This document shows positions 20,994-28,250 of a stretch of DNA of 64,000 nt, in pieces. Position numbers and translations under genes: made by a program. The stretch is taken from the IMG/VR virus record IMGVR_UViG_3300010340_001122. One strand, written 5' to 3'. The notes below the pieces were generated by a model. That model saw only the letters and a list, made by a program, of their open reading frames with translations. It was not told the origin of the DNA and did not search any database. Position 1 is the first letter of the stretch; each line of letters opens with the position of its first letter. The stretch is from a virus. Taxonomy: Duplodnaviria; Caudoviricetes.

Positions 20994-21353
20994 ATGTTTA
21001 CTTCTACGAAAATTATAGTTAAAGACTCACCAGTTCATGGTAAGGGAGTTTTCGCAACCGATACGATATTATCGGGAGAAGTTATTGAGGAATGTCATTT
21101 TATTCATTTAAATGAACCAGATTTTTCAAAATTAGATAGTTCACTAAAAGAATACACTTTTTCTTGGCCGTTATTCCATAATAATTCACATGCTGTTGTT
21201 TTAGGATTTGGTAGTATTTATAATCATCGAGATAATAATAATGCTACTTGGAAAACAAACTTAGAAAAAAATTGTTATACTTTTATCGCTATTAAAGATA
21301 TAAATCCAGGTGAGGAGATATTTACAAATTATATGAGATCCACATCCTTTTAA
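20994..21353 (+). CDS. SET domain protein (lysine methyltransferase fold)
   Basis: HGKGVFA, GEVIEEC, YNH, IKDINPGEEIFTNY. Confidence 0.88.
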   Translation: MFTSTKIIVKDSPVHGKGVFATDTILSGEVIEECHFIHLNEPDFSKLDSSLKEYTFSWPLFHNNSHAVVLGFGSIYNHRDNNNATWKTNLEKNCYTFIAIKDINPGEEIFTNYMRSTSF

Positions 21354-21354
21354 T

Positions 21355-21588
21355 ATGAAAGAGGCAAAACAATCTATTAGTTTAATAAATGTATTAGTTA
21401 TAGTTTTTGCAACATTAAAACTAACTAATAACATAAATTGGTCTTGGTGGTGGGTATTTTCACCATATTGGATTCCAGTTATAATTATTATTTCTATAAC
21501 AATTATCTCTTTCTTTATTTCCCTTATTTATTTAGCAAATACTGGAAAAAGCATAGATGAATTTATTAAAAAATATACAAAAAATTAG
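21355..21588 (+). CDS. Small transmembrane protein
   Basis: LKLT..INWSWWWVFSPYW motif. Confidence 0.7.
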   Translation: MKEAKQSISLINVLVIVFATLKLTNNINWSWWWVFSPYWIPVIIIISITIISFFISLIYLANTGKSIDEFIKKYTKN

Positions 21589-21664
21589 TAAACTTTTAAA
21601 ACCTTGATTGATTCTATGTATATAAATATCAATGAAGAAATTCATAGAAAAAACAATAAACAAA

Positions 21665-21940
21665 ATGAATAAAGCAGATTTAGTTACCGAAATTTCTAGC
21701 AAAACCGGTTTAACAAAAACTAAAGTTGGTGAAGTGGTTGATACCATTGTTGAATCTATTCAAGGTGCTCTTGCAAACGGTGATAAAGTAACTCTAGTTG
21801 GTTTCGGAACTTTTGACACCATCACACGTAAGGCTCGTAAAGGTCGTAATCCAAAAACTGGTGCTGAACTTAACATCCCTTCTAAAAGAGCAGCTCGTTT
21901 TAAGGCAGGCGCAGGTCTTTCAAATGTTGTTAATTCTTAA
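21665..21940 (+). CDS. hup: HU family DNA-binding protein
   Basis: MNKADLV, VTLVGFGTF, RKARKGRNPKTG, FKAG. Confidence 0.95.
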   Translation: MNKADLVTEISSKTGLTKTKVGEVVDTIVESIQGALANGDKVTLVGFGTFDTITRKARKGRNPKTGAELNIPSKRAARFKAGAGLSNVVNS

Positions 21941-21960
21941 TAAGAATTTTTAACGATAAA

Positions 21961-21985
21961 AAAACCCCTCAAATTGAGGGGTTTT
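21961..21985. terminator. Bidirectional intrinsic terminator
   Basis: AAAACCCCTCAA-A-TTGAGGGGTTTT between convergent genes; similar to the 8280 terminator. Confidence 0.85.
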
Positions 21986-22489
21986 CTATTTTATAGGACA
22001 TCTACCATCTTTATGTAAAAACATAATATCTTCTTTAGATATATTTATTCCATCAAATTTATTGAAAAAAATAACAAGTTCATCTAAACTAGAATCATCA
22101 AATGCAAAAACTGTGTTTGATGGGTCAAATTTTGAATCTTTCGTTGTACATTGAATAACAGATACTCTATTAGGAGATTGAATACTAAATTCTGATTCCA
22201 TATAATTACCCCAAGTAATATCAACTGATATTTTGAAATTTTTAGATGTAACTGGTTTTGTAAAGTAGATATCAAATTCTAGACAATCAGATTCTCCCCA
22301 TATTTCACCTTGTTTAAGTGTATATGTGATTTGAATCATATCAAAATGTTTCATGATATTTGTTTCTTTATCACAAACAAATTCATATGATTTATCATCA
22401 TATATCATGATAAGTTCTTTTGGAACAATTTTGTGCCAATCTATATTATAAATATTTACTGATTCGTTAAATTTTCTAAGGTGTTTCAT
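21986..22489 (-). CDS. Hypothetical protein with N-terminal tag
   Basis: MKHLRKFNES; TAATATATA upstream. Confidence 0.7.
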   Translation of the reverse strand: MKHLRKFNESVNIYNIDWHKIVPKELIMIYDDKSYEFVCDKETNIMKHFDMIQITYTLKQGEIWGESDCLEFDIYFTKPVTSKNFKISVDITWGNYMESEFSIQSPNRVSVIQCTTKDSKFDPSNTVFAFDDSSLDELVIFFNKFDGINISKEDIMFLHKDGRCPIK

Positions 22490-22499
22490 ACCTTATATA

Positions 22500-22655
22500 T
22501 TATTTGCGAATTTCACGAACTATACGTTCGCAAAAGTGACAAACAATAACAGGCCCCTTTGGTGACATTACAACTTCTCTTTCACAATTAGACTCACAAT
22601 CTTTTGTTCCTTGTGGTGCATATTCTCTTACTGGCTTACTTGGTCTTTTTTCCAT
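22500..22655 (-). CDS. Small zinc-ribbon-like protein (51 aa, not in ORF track)
   Basis: MEKRPSK...CESNC...CHFCERIVREIRK. Confidence 0.55.
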   Translation of the reverse strand: MEKRPSKPVREYAPQGTKDCESNCEREVVMSPKGPVIVCHFCERIVREIRK

Positions 22656-22942
22656 TATTGTAATATTTTTTTTATTTTTATATCTCTAGAAAGAGTCTTC
22701 ATCTCACTCTGAGAAAGTTTTTTTATTAAACTAGCATGTTTATAAGTACCATCTTCTAAAAGATAAAAAGCTTGTCTTCTTTTATATTGAATTGATTCTA
22801 CCGTATAAATTTTACCTTCAAATGTTATTACATAGGGTAGTCCCAACTTTTCAAGTTCTAAAAGATATGAATTATCAAATTTTGTTTCTGCGATTTTAAA
22901 AATTTTAAAGGTTACAAATACAAATATATAAAAATAAAACAA
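22655..22942 (-). CDS. Hypothetical protein with C-terminal tag (start uncertain)
   Basis: Ends SRDIKIKKILQ. Confidence 0.5.
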   Translation of the reverse strand: MFYFYIFVFVTFKIFKIAETKFDNSYLLELEKLGLPYVITFEGKIYTVESIQYKRRQAFYLLEDGTYKHASLIKKLSQSEMKTLSRDIKIKKILQ

Positions 22943-22945
22943 ACC

Positions 22946-23779
22946 ATGAAGAATTTATTAATATTTCTAATATCCGTTTTTCTAACTTCTTGTTCTACTT
23001 ATAGTTCATATCAAGTTAATCCTAATTCATATACCGCAGTTGTTGTTGAAGATCCAATAACATATAGTATATATGATAATAATTTAGTATATTGGAACTC
23101 ACCTTATTACTCACCATACAACACGGTTCTAATTTTTAGTAACTACCAATATCAATATTATAATTGGAGTTGGAACACTTACTATTGGTCATCTAATTGG
23201 TATGCTTGGAATAACTGGAACCCTTATCAAAATTGGAATGGTTGGAACTATTCTAATAACTGGAATGGTTGGAACTATTCTAATAACTGGAACGGTTGGA
23301 ACTATTCTAATAACTGGAACAACTGGGGATGTCAAAATAATAACATCTATATAAATAATAATTATTTCGGTGGTAAAAAATCATATAATTATGGATTGGG
23401 TGGTAAATATACAAACACGGAAAAATTTAAATTAAAGCCTTACACACAAACTAGTTCGGAAAAGTCACTCAGACCAGAAAATGTACATATTAATAAGGTA
23501 GAAGAAACTCTAAAATTTAGACCGATTCAACAATCTAGACCAGAAACTAGACCTGTTCAACAATATAACTCACAATCTAGACCGATTCAATCTAGACCAG
23601 AAACTAGACCGATTCAATCTAGACCAGAAACTAGACCGGTTCAACAATCTAGACCAGAAACTAGACCGGTTCAACAATCTAGACCAGAAACTAGACCTGT
23701 TCAACAATCTAGACCAGAAACTAGACCTGTTCAACAATACAAAACACAATCTAGACCGATTCAACAAAATAGAAAATAA
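22946..23779 (+). CDS. Lipoprotein with W/N/Y-rich and QQSRPETRPV low-complexity repeats
   Basis: FLTSC lipobox; NWNGWNYSN x3; C-terminal tandem repeats. Confidence 0.75.
   Translation: MKNLLIFLISVFLTSCSTYSSYQVNPNSYTAVVVEDPITYSIYDNNLVYWNSPYYSPYNTVLIFSNYQYQYYNWSWNTYYWSSNWYAWNNWNPYQNWNGWNYSNNWNGWNYSNNWNGWNYSNNWNNWGCQNNNIYINNNYFGGKKSYNYGLGGKYTNTEKFKLKPYTQTSSEKSLRPENVHINKVEETLKFRPIQQSRPETRPVQQYNSQSRPIQSRPETRPIQSRPETRPVQQSRPETRPVQQSRPETRPVQQSRPETRPVQQYKTQSRPIQQNRK
23518..23768 (+). repeat. 27-30 nt coding tandem repeat
   Basis: caatctagaccagaaactagacc(g/t)gttcaa units. Confidence 0.85.
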
Positions 23780-23780
23780 A

Positions 23781-23812
23781 TTTGGTGGTTTAAAAAAGTT
23801 GATATATATTTG
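23781..23812 (+). promoter_or_regulatory. Bacteroidota-type promoter
   Basis: TTTG-N20-TATATTTG; ATG follows after 4 nt. Confidence 0.75.
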
Positions 23813-23816
23813 TAAT

Positions 23817-23990
23817 ATGAAAAATGAGCACAAAAATATTGATTTGGGTTTGGGACCAGGTGGTATTAATTGTCCTTGTTGTACAGATAATCCTCATAAA
23901 CGTGTTTCAGAAAAAACCTTTTATAATAGGAAAGCAAGAAAGAAGTTAAAATTTAAACTCTTAAATGAGTTAAAAACACTAGAAAAGTAA
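23817..23990 (+). CDS. Small basic protein with CPCC
   Basis: GPGGINCPCC...RKARKKLK. Confidence 0.6.
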   Translation: MKNEHKNIDLGLGPGGINCPCCTDNPHKRVSEKTFYNRKARKKLKFKLLNELKTLEK

Positions 23991-24007
23991 AAATAAATAA
24001 AAAATAA

Positions 24008-24038
24008 TTTGACATTATAGAAAACTTTTGTATATTTG
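24008..24038 (+). promoter_or_regulatory. Bacteroidota-type promoter of tRNA array 1
   Basis: TTTG-N19-TATATTTG; a TAATATATA motif also lies at 24071-24079. Confidence 0.8.
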
Positions 24039-24086
24039 TAATGTAAAAGAAACAAGAGAGAAACAATTTTTAATATATAAGAAATC

Positions 24087-24194
24087 ATGACAACAGTTCG
24101 TACACATAAATCTTTTAGTAAATCGTTTAAATGGCATTTTAAAAGCCATCGATTCGGTACTAAGAACGAACTGCCAAAAAATGAGATAGTGTAA
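24087..24194 (+). CDS. Leader peptide 1 (35 aa, H/K/F/W/S-rich)
   Basis: MTTVRTHKSFSKSFKWHFKSHRFGTKNELPKNEIV*, between promoter and terminator. Confidence 0.75.
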   Translation: MTTVRTHKSFSKSFKWHFKSHRFGTKNELPKNEIV

Positions 24195-24221
24195 TCTCGT
24201 AATTTTTGATAGTGAAATTCC

Positions 24222-24259
24222 AAAAACCCGAATACAAAAGATTCGGGTTTTTTGTTTTT
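24222..24259 (+). terminator. Attenuator terminator 1
   Basis: AAAAACCCGAAT-ACAAAAG-ATTCGGGTTTTTTGTTTTT directly before the first tRNA. Confidence 0.85.
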
Positions 24260-24263
24260 ATAT

Positions 24264-24356
24264 GGTGTCAGTAGCCGGTAATTGGTAACCGACCAGATTG
24301 TGGCTCTGGAATGACTTCAAAAAAGTCTTTTGCGGGTTCGAGTCCCGTCTGACACC
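24264..24356 (+). tRNA. tRNA-His(GTG) with long variable arm
   Basis: G-1, GTGTCAG/CTGACAC, CCAGA-TTGTGGC-TCTGG, V-arm GACTT/AAGTC, TTCGAGT, C73. Confidence 0.8.
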
Positions 24357-24361
24357 CAAAT

Positions 24362-24434
24362 GGAGCCTAAGCTAACTTGGTAGAAGCACTGGTCTGAAAA
24401 ACCAGAGGACCCGGATCGTAACCGGGAGGTTCCA
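24362..24434 (+). tRNA. tRNA-Phe(GAA)
   Basis: GGAGCCT/AGGTTCC, CTGGT-CTGAAAA-ACCAG; atypical T-loop ATCGTAA. Confidence 0.85.
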
Positions 24435-24441
24435 CAAAAAT

Positions 24442-24515
24442 GGTGATTGTAGCTCAATCGGTAGAGCGCAGGTTTGTGGCACCTGAGGCAGCGGGATCGA
24501 AACCCGTCATTCACC
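24442..24515 (+). tRNA. tRNA-His(GTG)
   Basis: G-1, CAGGT-TTGTGGC-ACCTG, T-loop ATCGAAA, C73. Confidence 0.88.
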
Positions 24516-24524
24516 CAAAAAAAT

Positions 24525-24614
24525 GTACTCGCTCATAGGCGTGACCAGGCGGCTCCAACCCGCTCTCCGAAAGGGGTCTAACGATTGGTGAGGGTTCGAA
24601 TCCCTACGGGTATG
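24525..24614 (+). tRNA. tRNA-Trp(CCA), atypical (reduced D-arm, long variable region)
   Basis: GTACTCG/CGGGTAT, GGCGG-CTCCAAC-CCGCT, CTCC-GAAA-GGGG, TTCGAAT, G73. Confidence 0.7.
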
Positions 24615-24619
24615 CAAAA

Positions 24620-24692
24620 GGTTTCATAGCTCAGTTGGTAGAGCGTCGCCCTGAAGAGGCGAGCGTCGGCGGTTCAAGTCCGTCTGAAACCA
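24620..24692 (+). tRNA. tRNA-Phe(GAA)
   Basis: Canonical cloverleaf; TCGCC-CTGAAGA-GGCGA. Confidence 0.92.
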
Positions 24693-24698
24693 CAAACT

Positions 24699-24769
24699 AC
24701 GGGTGACAGGCTTGGTGTCGGTGGGATCTCCAAAATCTTCACGAGCTACTTCGATTGTAGCCACCCGTG
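24699..24769 (+). tRNA. tRNA-Trp(CCA)
   Basis: ACGGGTG/CACCCGT, GGGAT-CTCCAAA-ATCTT, GCTAC-TTCGATT-GTAGC, G73. Confidence 0.8.
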
Positions 24770-24776
24770 CTAAGTA

Positions 24777-24884
24777 CATAAAAATGGAATAAACAATGAT
24801 AATAGAATAGATAATTTAGAATTTTTATGTCCAAATTGTCATTCACAAACTGAAAATTACGCAGGTAAAAATAAATTAAATTAA
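24777..24884 (+). pseudogene. C-terminal remnant of HNH endonuclease
   Basis: HKNGINNDNRIDNLEFLCPNCHSQTENYAGKN* with no start codon. Confidence 0.8.
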
Positions 24885-24887
24885 AAA

Positions 24888-24926
24888 ATGAGAACTATTA
24901 CAATAAAACGAAAATGTAAACGATAG
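24888..24926 (+). CDS. Possible K/R-rich leader peptide before the tRNA-Lys cluster
   Basis: MRTITIKRKCKR*, followed by hairpin GGCAAATG/CATTTGCC (24926-24957). Confidence 0.45.
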   Translation: MRTITIKRKCKR

Positions 24927-24971
24927 GCAAATGTTCCACATATACGGACCATTTGCCAATAAAAAACAAAT

Positions 24972-25046
24972 GATTCCGTAGCAAAATGTGGCTTTGCTCC
25001 TGGCTTTTAACCAGGCTAAAAGTGAGTTCGACTCTCACCGGGATCA
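24972..25046 (+). tRNA. tRNA-Lys(TTT)
   Basis: GATTCCG/CGGGATC, CCTGG-CTTTTAA-CCAGG, GTGAG-TTCGACT-CTCAC. Confidence 0.85.
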
Positions 25047-25091
25047 CAAAAATGTGTTCGTCGAGATTTAAATTCTCCAGACACATAATAT

Positions 25092-25175
25092 CCGTCCGTG
25101 AGTGAGCGACCGAAACTATCAGACTTTTAATCTGACTCCTAAAGGACAACACTGGTTTGAATCCAGTCGGACGGA
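25092..25175 (+). tRNA. tRNA-Lys(TTT) with long variable arm
   Basis: CCGTCCG/CGGACGG, TCAGA-CTTTTAA-TCTGA, V-arm TCCT/AGGA, T-loop TTTGAAT. Confidence 0.75.
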
Positions 25176-25181
25176 CAAAAT

Positions 25182-25267
25182 AACTCAGTTCCCGTAGCTG
25201 GCCGAACGGCTCCGACTCTTAATCGGATTGCGAAAGCACAACGAGGGTTCAAATCCCTCCTGAGTTA
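25182..25267 (+). tRNA. tRNA-Lys(CTT) with long variable arm
   Basis: AACTCAG/CTGAGTT, TCCGA-CTCTTAA-TCGGA, V-arm TGC-GAAA-GCA. Confidence 0.8.
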
Positions 25268-25328
25268 CAAAAATCCGAACTCACGTTTAACTTCTTAAAG
25301 GAAGATACTTATTTTTTATATATAATAT

Positions 25329-26222
25329 ATGAAAATAAATGATATAAACTGGGAAGAGGTTCAACTATTCTACAATAATGATAAAAACTGGAGTGATGTA
25401 TGTAAATATTTTAATATCAGTCAAAATTTAATTATAAGTGCAAAAAAACTAGGACTATTTATTAGTAGAAGTAAATCAGAATCGATTTCTATTTCACTTA
25501 GAAAAACTCCGAGGAAGCATTCAGAAGAAACAAAGAAAAAAATAAGTGAGATAAGAAAAAAGTATTTACAAGAGAATCCAGATAAAGTTCCATATAAATT
25601 GAATCATAGTAGTAAAGAATCATATCCTGAGAAATACTTTACTGAAGTATTTGGAAATGAAGGAATAGAAGTTGTTAAATCTTTTAATATCGGAATTTAT
25701 GAACTAGATTTTTGCATATTAGATAAAAAAATTGATATAGAAATCGATGGTAGTCAACATTATTATGATGAAAAAATAGTTGAGAGTGATAAACGTAGAA
25801 ATAAATTTCTTGAAGATAATGGATGGGATATCATAAGAATAAACTGGTCTGATTATCAAAAACTTGGTTTTGAATATAAAAAAGAATACATTTCAAATTT
25901 AAAAAGTTATATAAATGATTTAATAGACACTAAACCATTTTTTGAGGTTCCTATTAAAGAAAAAAAAATTAAAGAAAAAAAACAAAGAGTTGAGAATAAA
26001 AATAAAAAAATAAAAAAAGAATATTTATGTAAATATTGTGAAAGTAAATGTACTTGGTCTAAAGATAGGTGTGAACCTTGCTACAGAAAACAAAGTAGAA
26101 AAGTAGAAAGACCATCTTTAGAGCAATTGAAAATAGACATAGAAAATTTAGGATATTTAGGAACTGGTAGAAAATATGGAGTAAGTGATAATAGTATAAG
26201 AAAATGGATAAAATCCATTTAA
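25329..26222 (+). CDS. DUF559/Vsr-like homing-type endonuclease with NUMOD3-like motif, Zn finger and HTH
   Basis: RKHSEETKKKISE; YELDF...IEIDGSQH...D..RN.FL...GW.IIRI.W; C-terminal YGVSDNSIRKW. Confidence 0.8.
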   Translation: MKINDINWEEVQLFYNNDKNWSDVCKYFNISQNLIISAKKLGLFISRSKSESISISLRKTPRKHSEETKKKISEIRKKYLQENPDKVPYKLNHSSKESYPEKYFTEVFGNEGIEVVKSFNIGIYELDFCILDKKIDIEIDGSQHYYDEKIVESDKRRNKFLEDNGWDIIRINWSDYQKLGFEYKKEYISNLKSYINDLIDTKPFFEVPIKEKKIKEKKQRVENKNKKIKKEYLCKYCESKCTWSKDRCEPCYRKQSRKVERPSLEQLKIDIENLGYLGTGRKYGVSDNSIRKWIKSI

Positions 26223-26231
26223 AATAAATTT

Positions 26232-26363
26232 GGGGAGGTAGCTCAGTGGTAGAGTATAGCTACACTCTTTTGAAACTTTACCTCTGAAAAGAGTGTTGAT
26301 CGAAAGAGTTACTTCGTATATTTTGAACATATAAGGTCGTTGGTTCGAATCCAACCCTCCCCA
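26232..26363 (+). ncRNA. tRNA-framed ncRNA with extra domain (Y RNA-like candidate)
   Basis: GGGGAGG/CCTCCCC acceptor, canonical D and T arms, about 60 nt structured insert before a TATAT-TTTGAAC-ATATA arm. Confidence 0.7.
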
Positions 26364-26385
26364 CAAACTTTAAAAATAAAAAATT

Positions 26386-26682
26386 ATGGACTCATTTTCA
26401 ATTACATTGAATAGATTGAGAGATATGATTAACTCTAGATTACGACCTGGTATTGATAAAGTATGGGTACAAGGAGTAAGTGCATCAAATGCTAGATTAG
26501 TCTTCACTATTTTTTTTAGCGATCCTACCCAAACTCCACTCAATTGTGGTTATGTGATGAGATTCACAAATGTTAAAAACTTTAGACATTATCGATCTGA
26601 TGGGGATCCAGATAATGAGTTTAGATTACTCGAAGTATATATGGACCAGTTTATGAAAATATTAGGCGATATAATTGAATAA
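26386..26682 (+). CDS. Hypothetical protein
   Basis: 98 aa ORF with A-rich initiation region. Confidence 0.6.
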   Translation: MDSFSITLNRLRDMINSRLRPGIDKVWVQGVSASNARLVFTIFFSDPTQTPLNCGYVMRFTNVKNFRHYRSDGDPDNEFRLLEVYMDQFMKILGDIIE

Positions 26683-26720
26683 AAAATCAACTAAAAGTAT
26701 TTTTTGTTATATATTTGCAT

Positions 26721-27278
26721 ATGTGGTTTAGAAAAAATAAAATAAAAGAAGAAAAATCATCTGTGGTAAAAGATACAGATGATTTTTTAGAAAAGTATAA
26801 ACAGAGTAGAAAAGAGATTGTACATATGCAATCTCAATATCAAGATTATATTTTAAGATCGTTAGAGTTAGATTTTATCGATTATAAAGAAAATCTTGAA
26901 AAAAATTGGCCCAATTTTGAATCGAACACATGTGAATTTTGGAATTTATCAAAATCATCAATCACATCAAGAAGTTCAGAACTCAAATTGATTAAATCAA
27001 ATAATGGTGATAGTATAAAAATTGAAGTTGAATTTAACTTTGATGAATCAAAACTAACTTTTAATATTACTAAACTAGTAAGTATAATGGGGTATGAATA
27101 TACAAATTTAAAAAAAGAAATATTTGAAAATATTATCTTTAAATATTATATGTGTTACCTATACAAAAAAACTAACCTAGTAAGAGATGAGACCAAGGTT
27201 AATTTTCAAAGGATGCTAGATATTATTGGTAAATCAACTAAAAGAGATGCAATGATTAATAAAATTTTAAATGGATAA
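26721..27278 (+). CDS. Hypothetical protein with C-terminal tag
   Basis: ATG is 3 nt after TATATTTG (26710-26717); ends KRDAMINKILNG. Confidence 0.65.
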   Translation: MWFRKNKIKEEKSSVVKDTDDFLEKYKQSRKEIVHMQSQYQDYILRSLELDFIDYKENLEKNWPNFESNTCEFWNLSKSSITSRSSELKLIKSNNGDSIKIEVEFNFDESKLTFNITKLVSIMGYEYTNLKKEIFENIIFKYYMCYLYKKTNLVRDETKVNFQRMLDIIGKSTKRDAMINKILNG

Positions 27279-27508
27279 AAAAATATTAGTAAAGAAAACT
27301 GGTGATATTTTAACCACTTCAAATAATGAACTTCAAATTAAGATTATGAATTTTGAATTTGATTTAGAATATAACATCAAAGATAAGATTGAAAATAAGA
27401 TCACGTTCACACATCCAGGCGATTCTAAAACAAATCGAGAAGGTAAATATTATCTGATGCGGATTTTAAGACTCATTTTCAGTCAGTTAAAAAATAGTTG
27501 AAAATAAA

Positions 27509-27540
27509 TTTGGTTTGTATTGTTTTTGTATGTACATTTG
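27509..27540 (+). promoter_or_regulatory. Bacteroidota-type promoter inside the insertion
   Basis: TTTG-N20-TACATTTG. Confidence 0.7.
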
Positions 27541-27585
27541 CATTACAATAATTAAGTAATCAATCACTTTCGATGCAGCCAGCCG

Positions 27586-27704
27586 GAATTGCCGAAGGTG
27601 GGGATTACTTGCACAACAGCCCATCAGAAGCACAAAAGTTCAATGTAGTGCAATTGCTTATTAGTGGAACGTCAGCCCCCACTTTTGGCAATACCTTGTT
27701 AGCG
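27586..27704 (+). repeat. attC-like site 1 (5'-truncated)
   Basis: ATTGCCGAAGGTGGGG / CCCCACTTTTGGCAAT inverted arms ending in GTTAGCG core; no left ..TAAC. Confidence 0.65.
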
Positions 27705-27743
27705 GTATGTGCTTATTGTCAAACGTAAATTAAAATTAATAAA

Positions 27744-28028
27744 ATGAAACAAGCAATTTGGAAATTTGAAACACCATTTGAAGATAAGTTTTCACTTCAA
27801 ATGCCAAAAGGTTCTGAAATACTTTCAGTTCAGCAAGACCAAAAAACTATGATACCTTGTATATGGGCTTTGGTTTATCCAGAAAATGAAAAAGAGGAAA
27901 GGTTTTTTGAACTTTTCGGAACTGGACATCCTATTCACAATGATATGGGAATTGAAAGAAAGTATGTCGGAACTTATCAATATCAACGTGGTGAATTTGT
28001 CGGACACATTTTTGAACGGGTGTCGTAG
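27744..28028 (+). CDS. Cassette-borne small beta-rich protein
   Basis: IWKF...MPKGSEILSVQ...IWALV...GTGH...YVGTYQ...HIFE. Confidence 0.8.
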   Translation: MKQAIWKFETPFEDKFSLQMPKGSEILSVQQDQKTMIPCIWALVYPENEKEERFFELFGTGHPIHNDMGIERKYVGTYQYQRGEFVGHIFERVS

Positions 28029-28034
28029 CATTAC

Positions 28035-28166
28035 CGCTAACGTTAAAGCATTGGCGAATAAGGGGCATTTGAAAGACAAATGTTCAGCCTTTGCAGAATG
28101 TTTCATAGTAGCACAAAAGTTGAATTAACATCGTCAAGCCCCTTTTTTGCCAATGCAATGTTAGTG
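28035..28166 (+). repeat. attC-like site 2
   Basis: CGCTAAC...GCATTGGCGAATAAGGGGC / GCCCCTTTTTTGCCAATGC...GTTAGTG; shares AGCACAAAAGTT with site 1. Confidence 0.75.
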
Positions 28167-28250
28167 GATAGGTGAAAATGGTAATATTTATCATGAATCT
28201 GAGGTAATTGTTGGACTGGATGAAATTAGAGAATATAAAATTGAAAATAA

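Larger units (their letters stand above)
27459..28169 (+). mobile_element. Inserted segment: promoter plus integron-like gene cassette
   Basis: GAT at both junctions; two attC-like palindromes flank a single ORF. Confidence 0.7.

Noticed and set aside
23518-23768. CRISPR array
   Set aside because: The repeats are contiguous, in frame and have no unique spacers; no cas genes are present.
25052-25086. Small hairpin between tRNA-Lys genes (ATGTGT/ACACAT, GAGA/TCTC)
   Set aside because: No tRNA arms or U-tract; most likely a spacer or processing structure.
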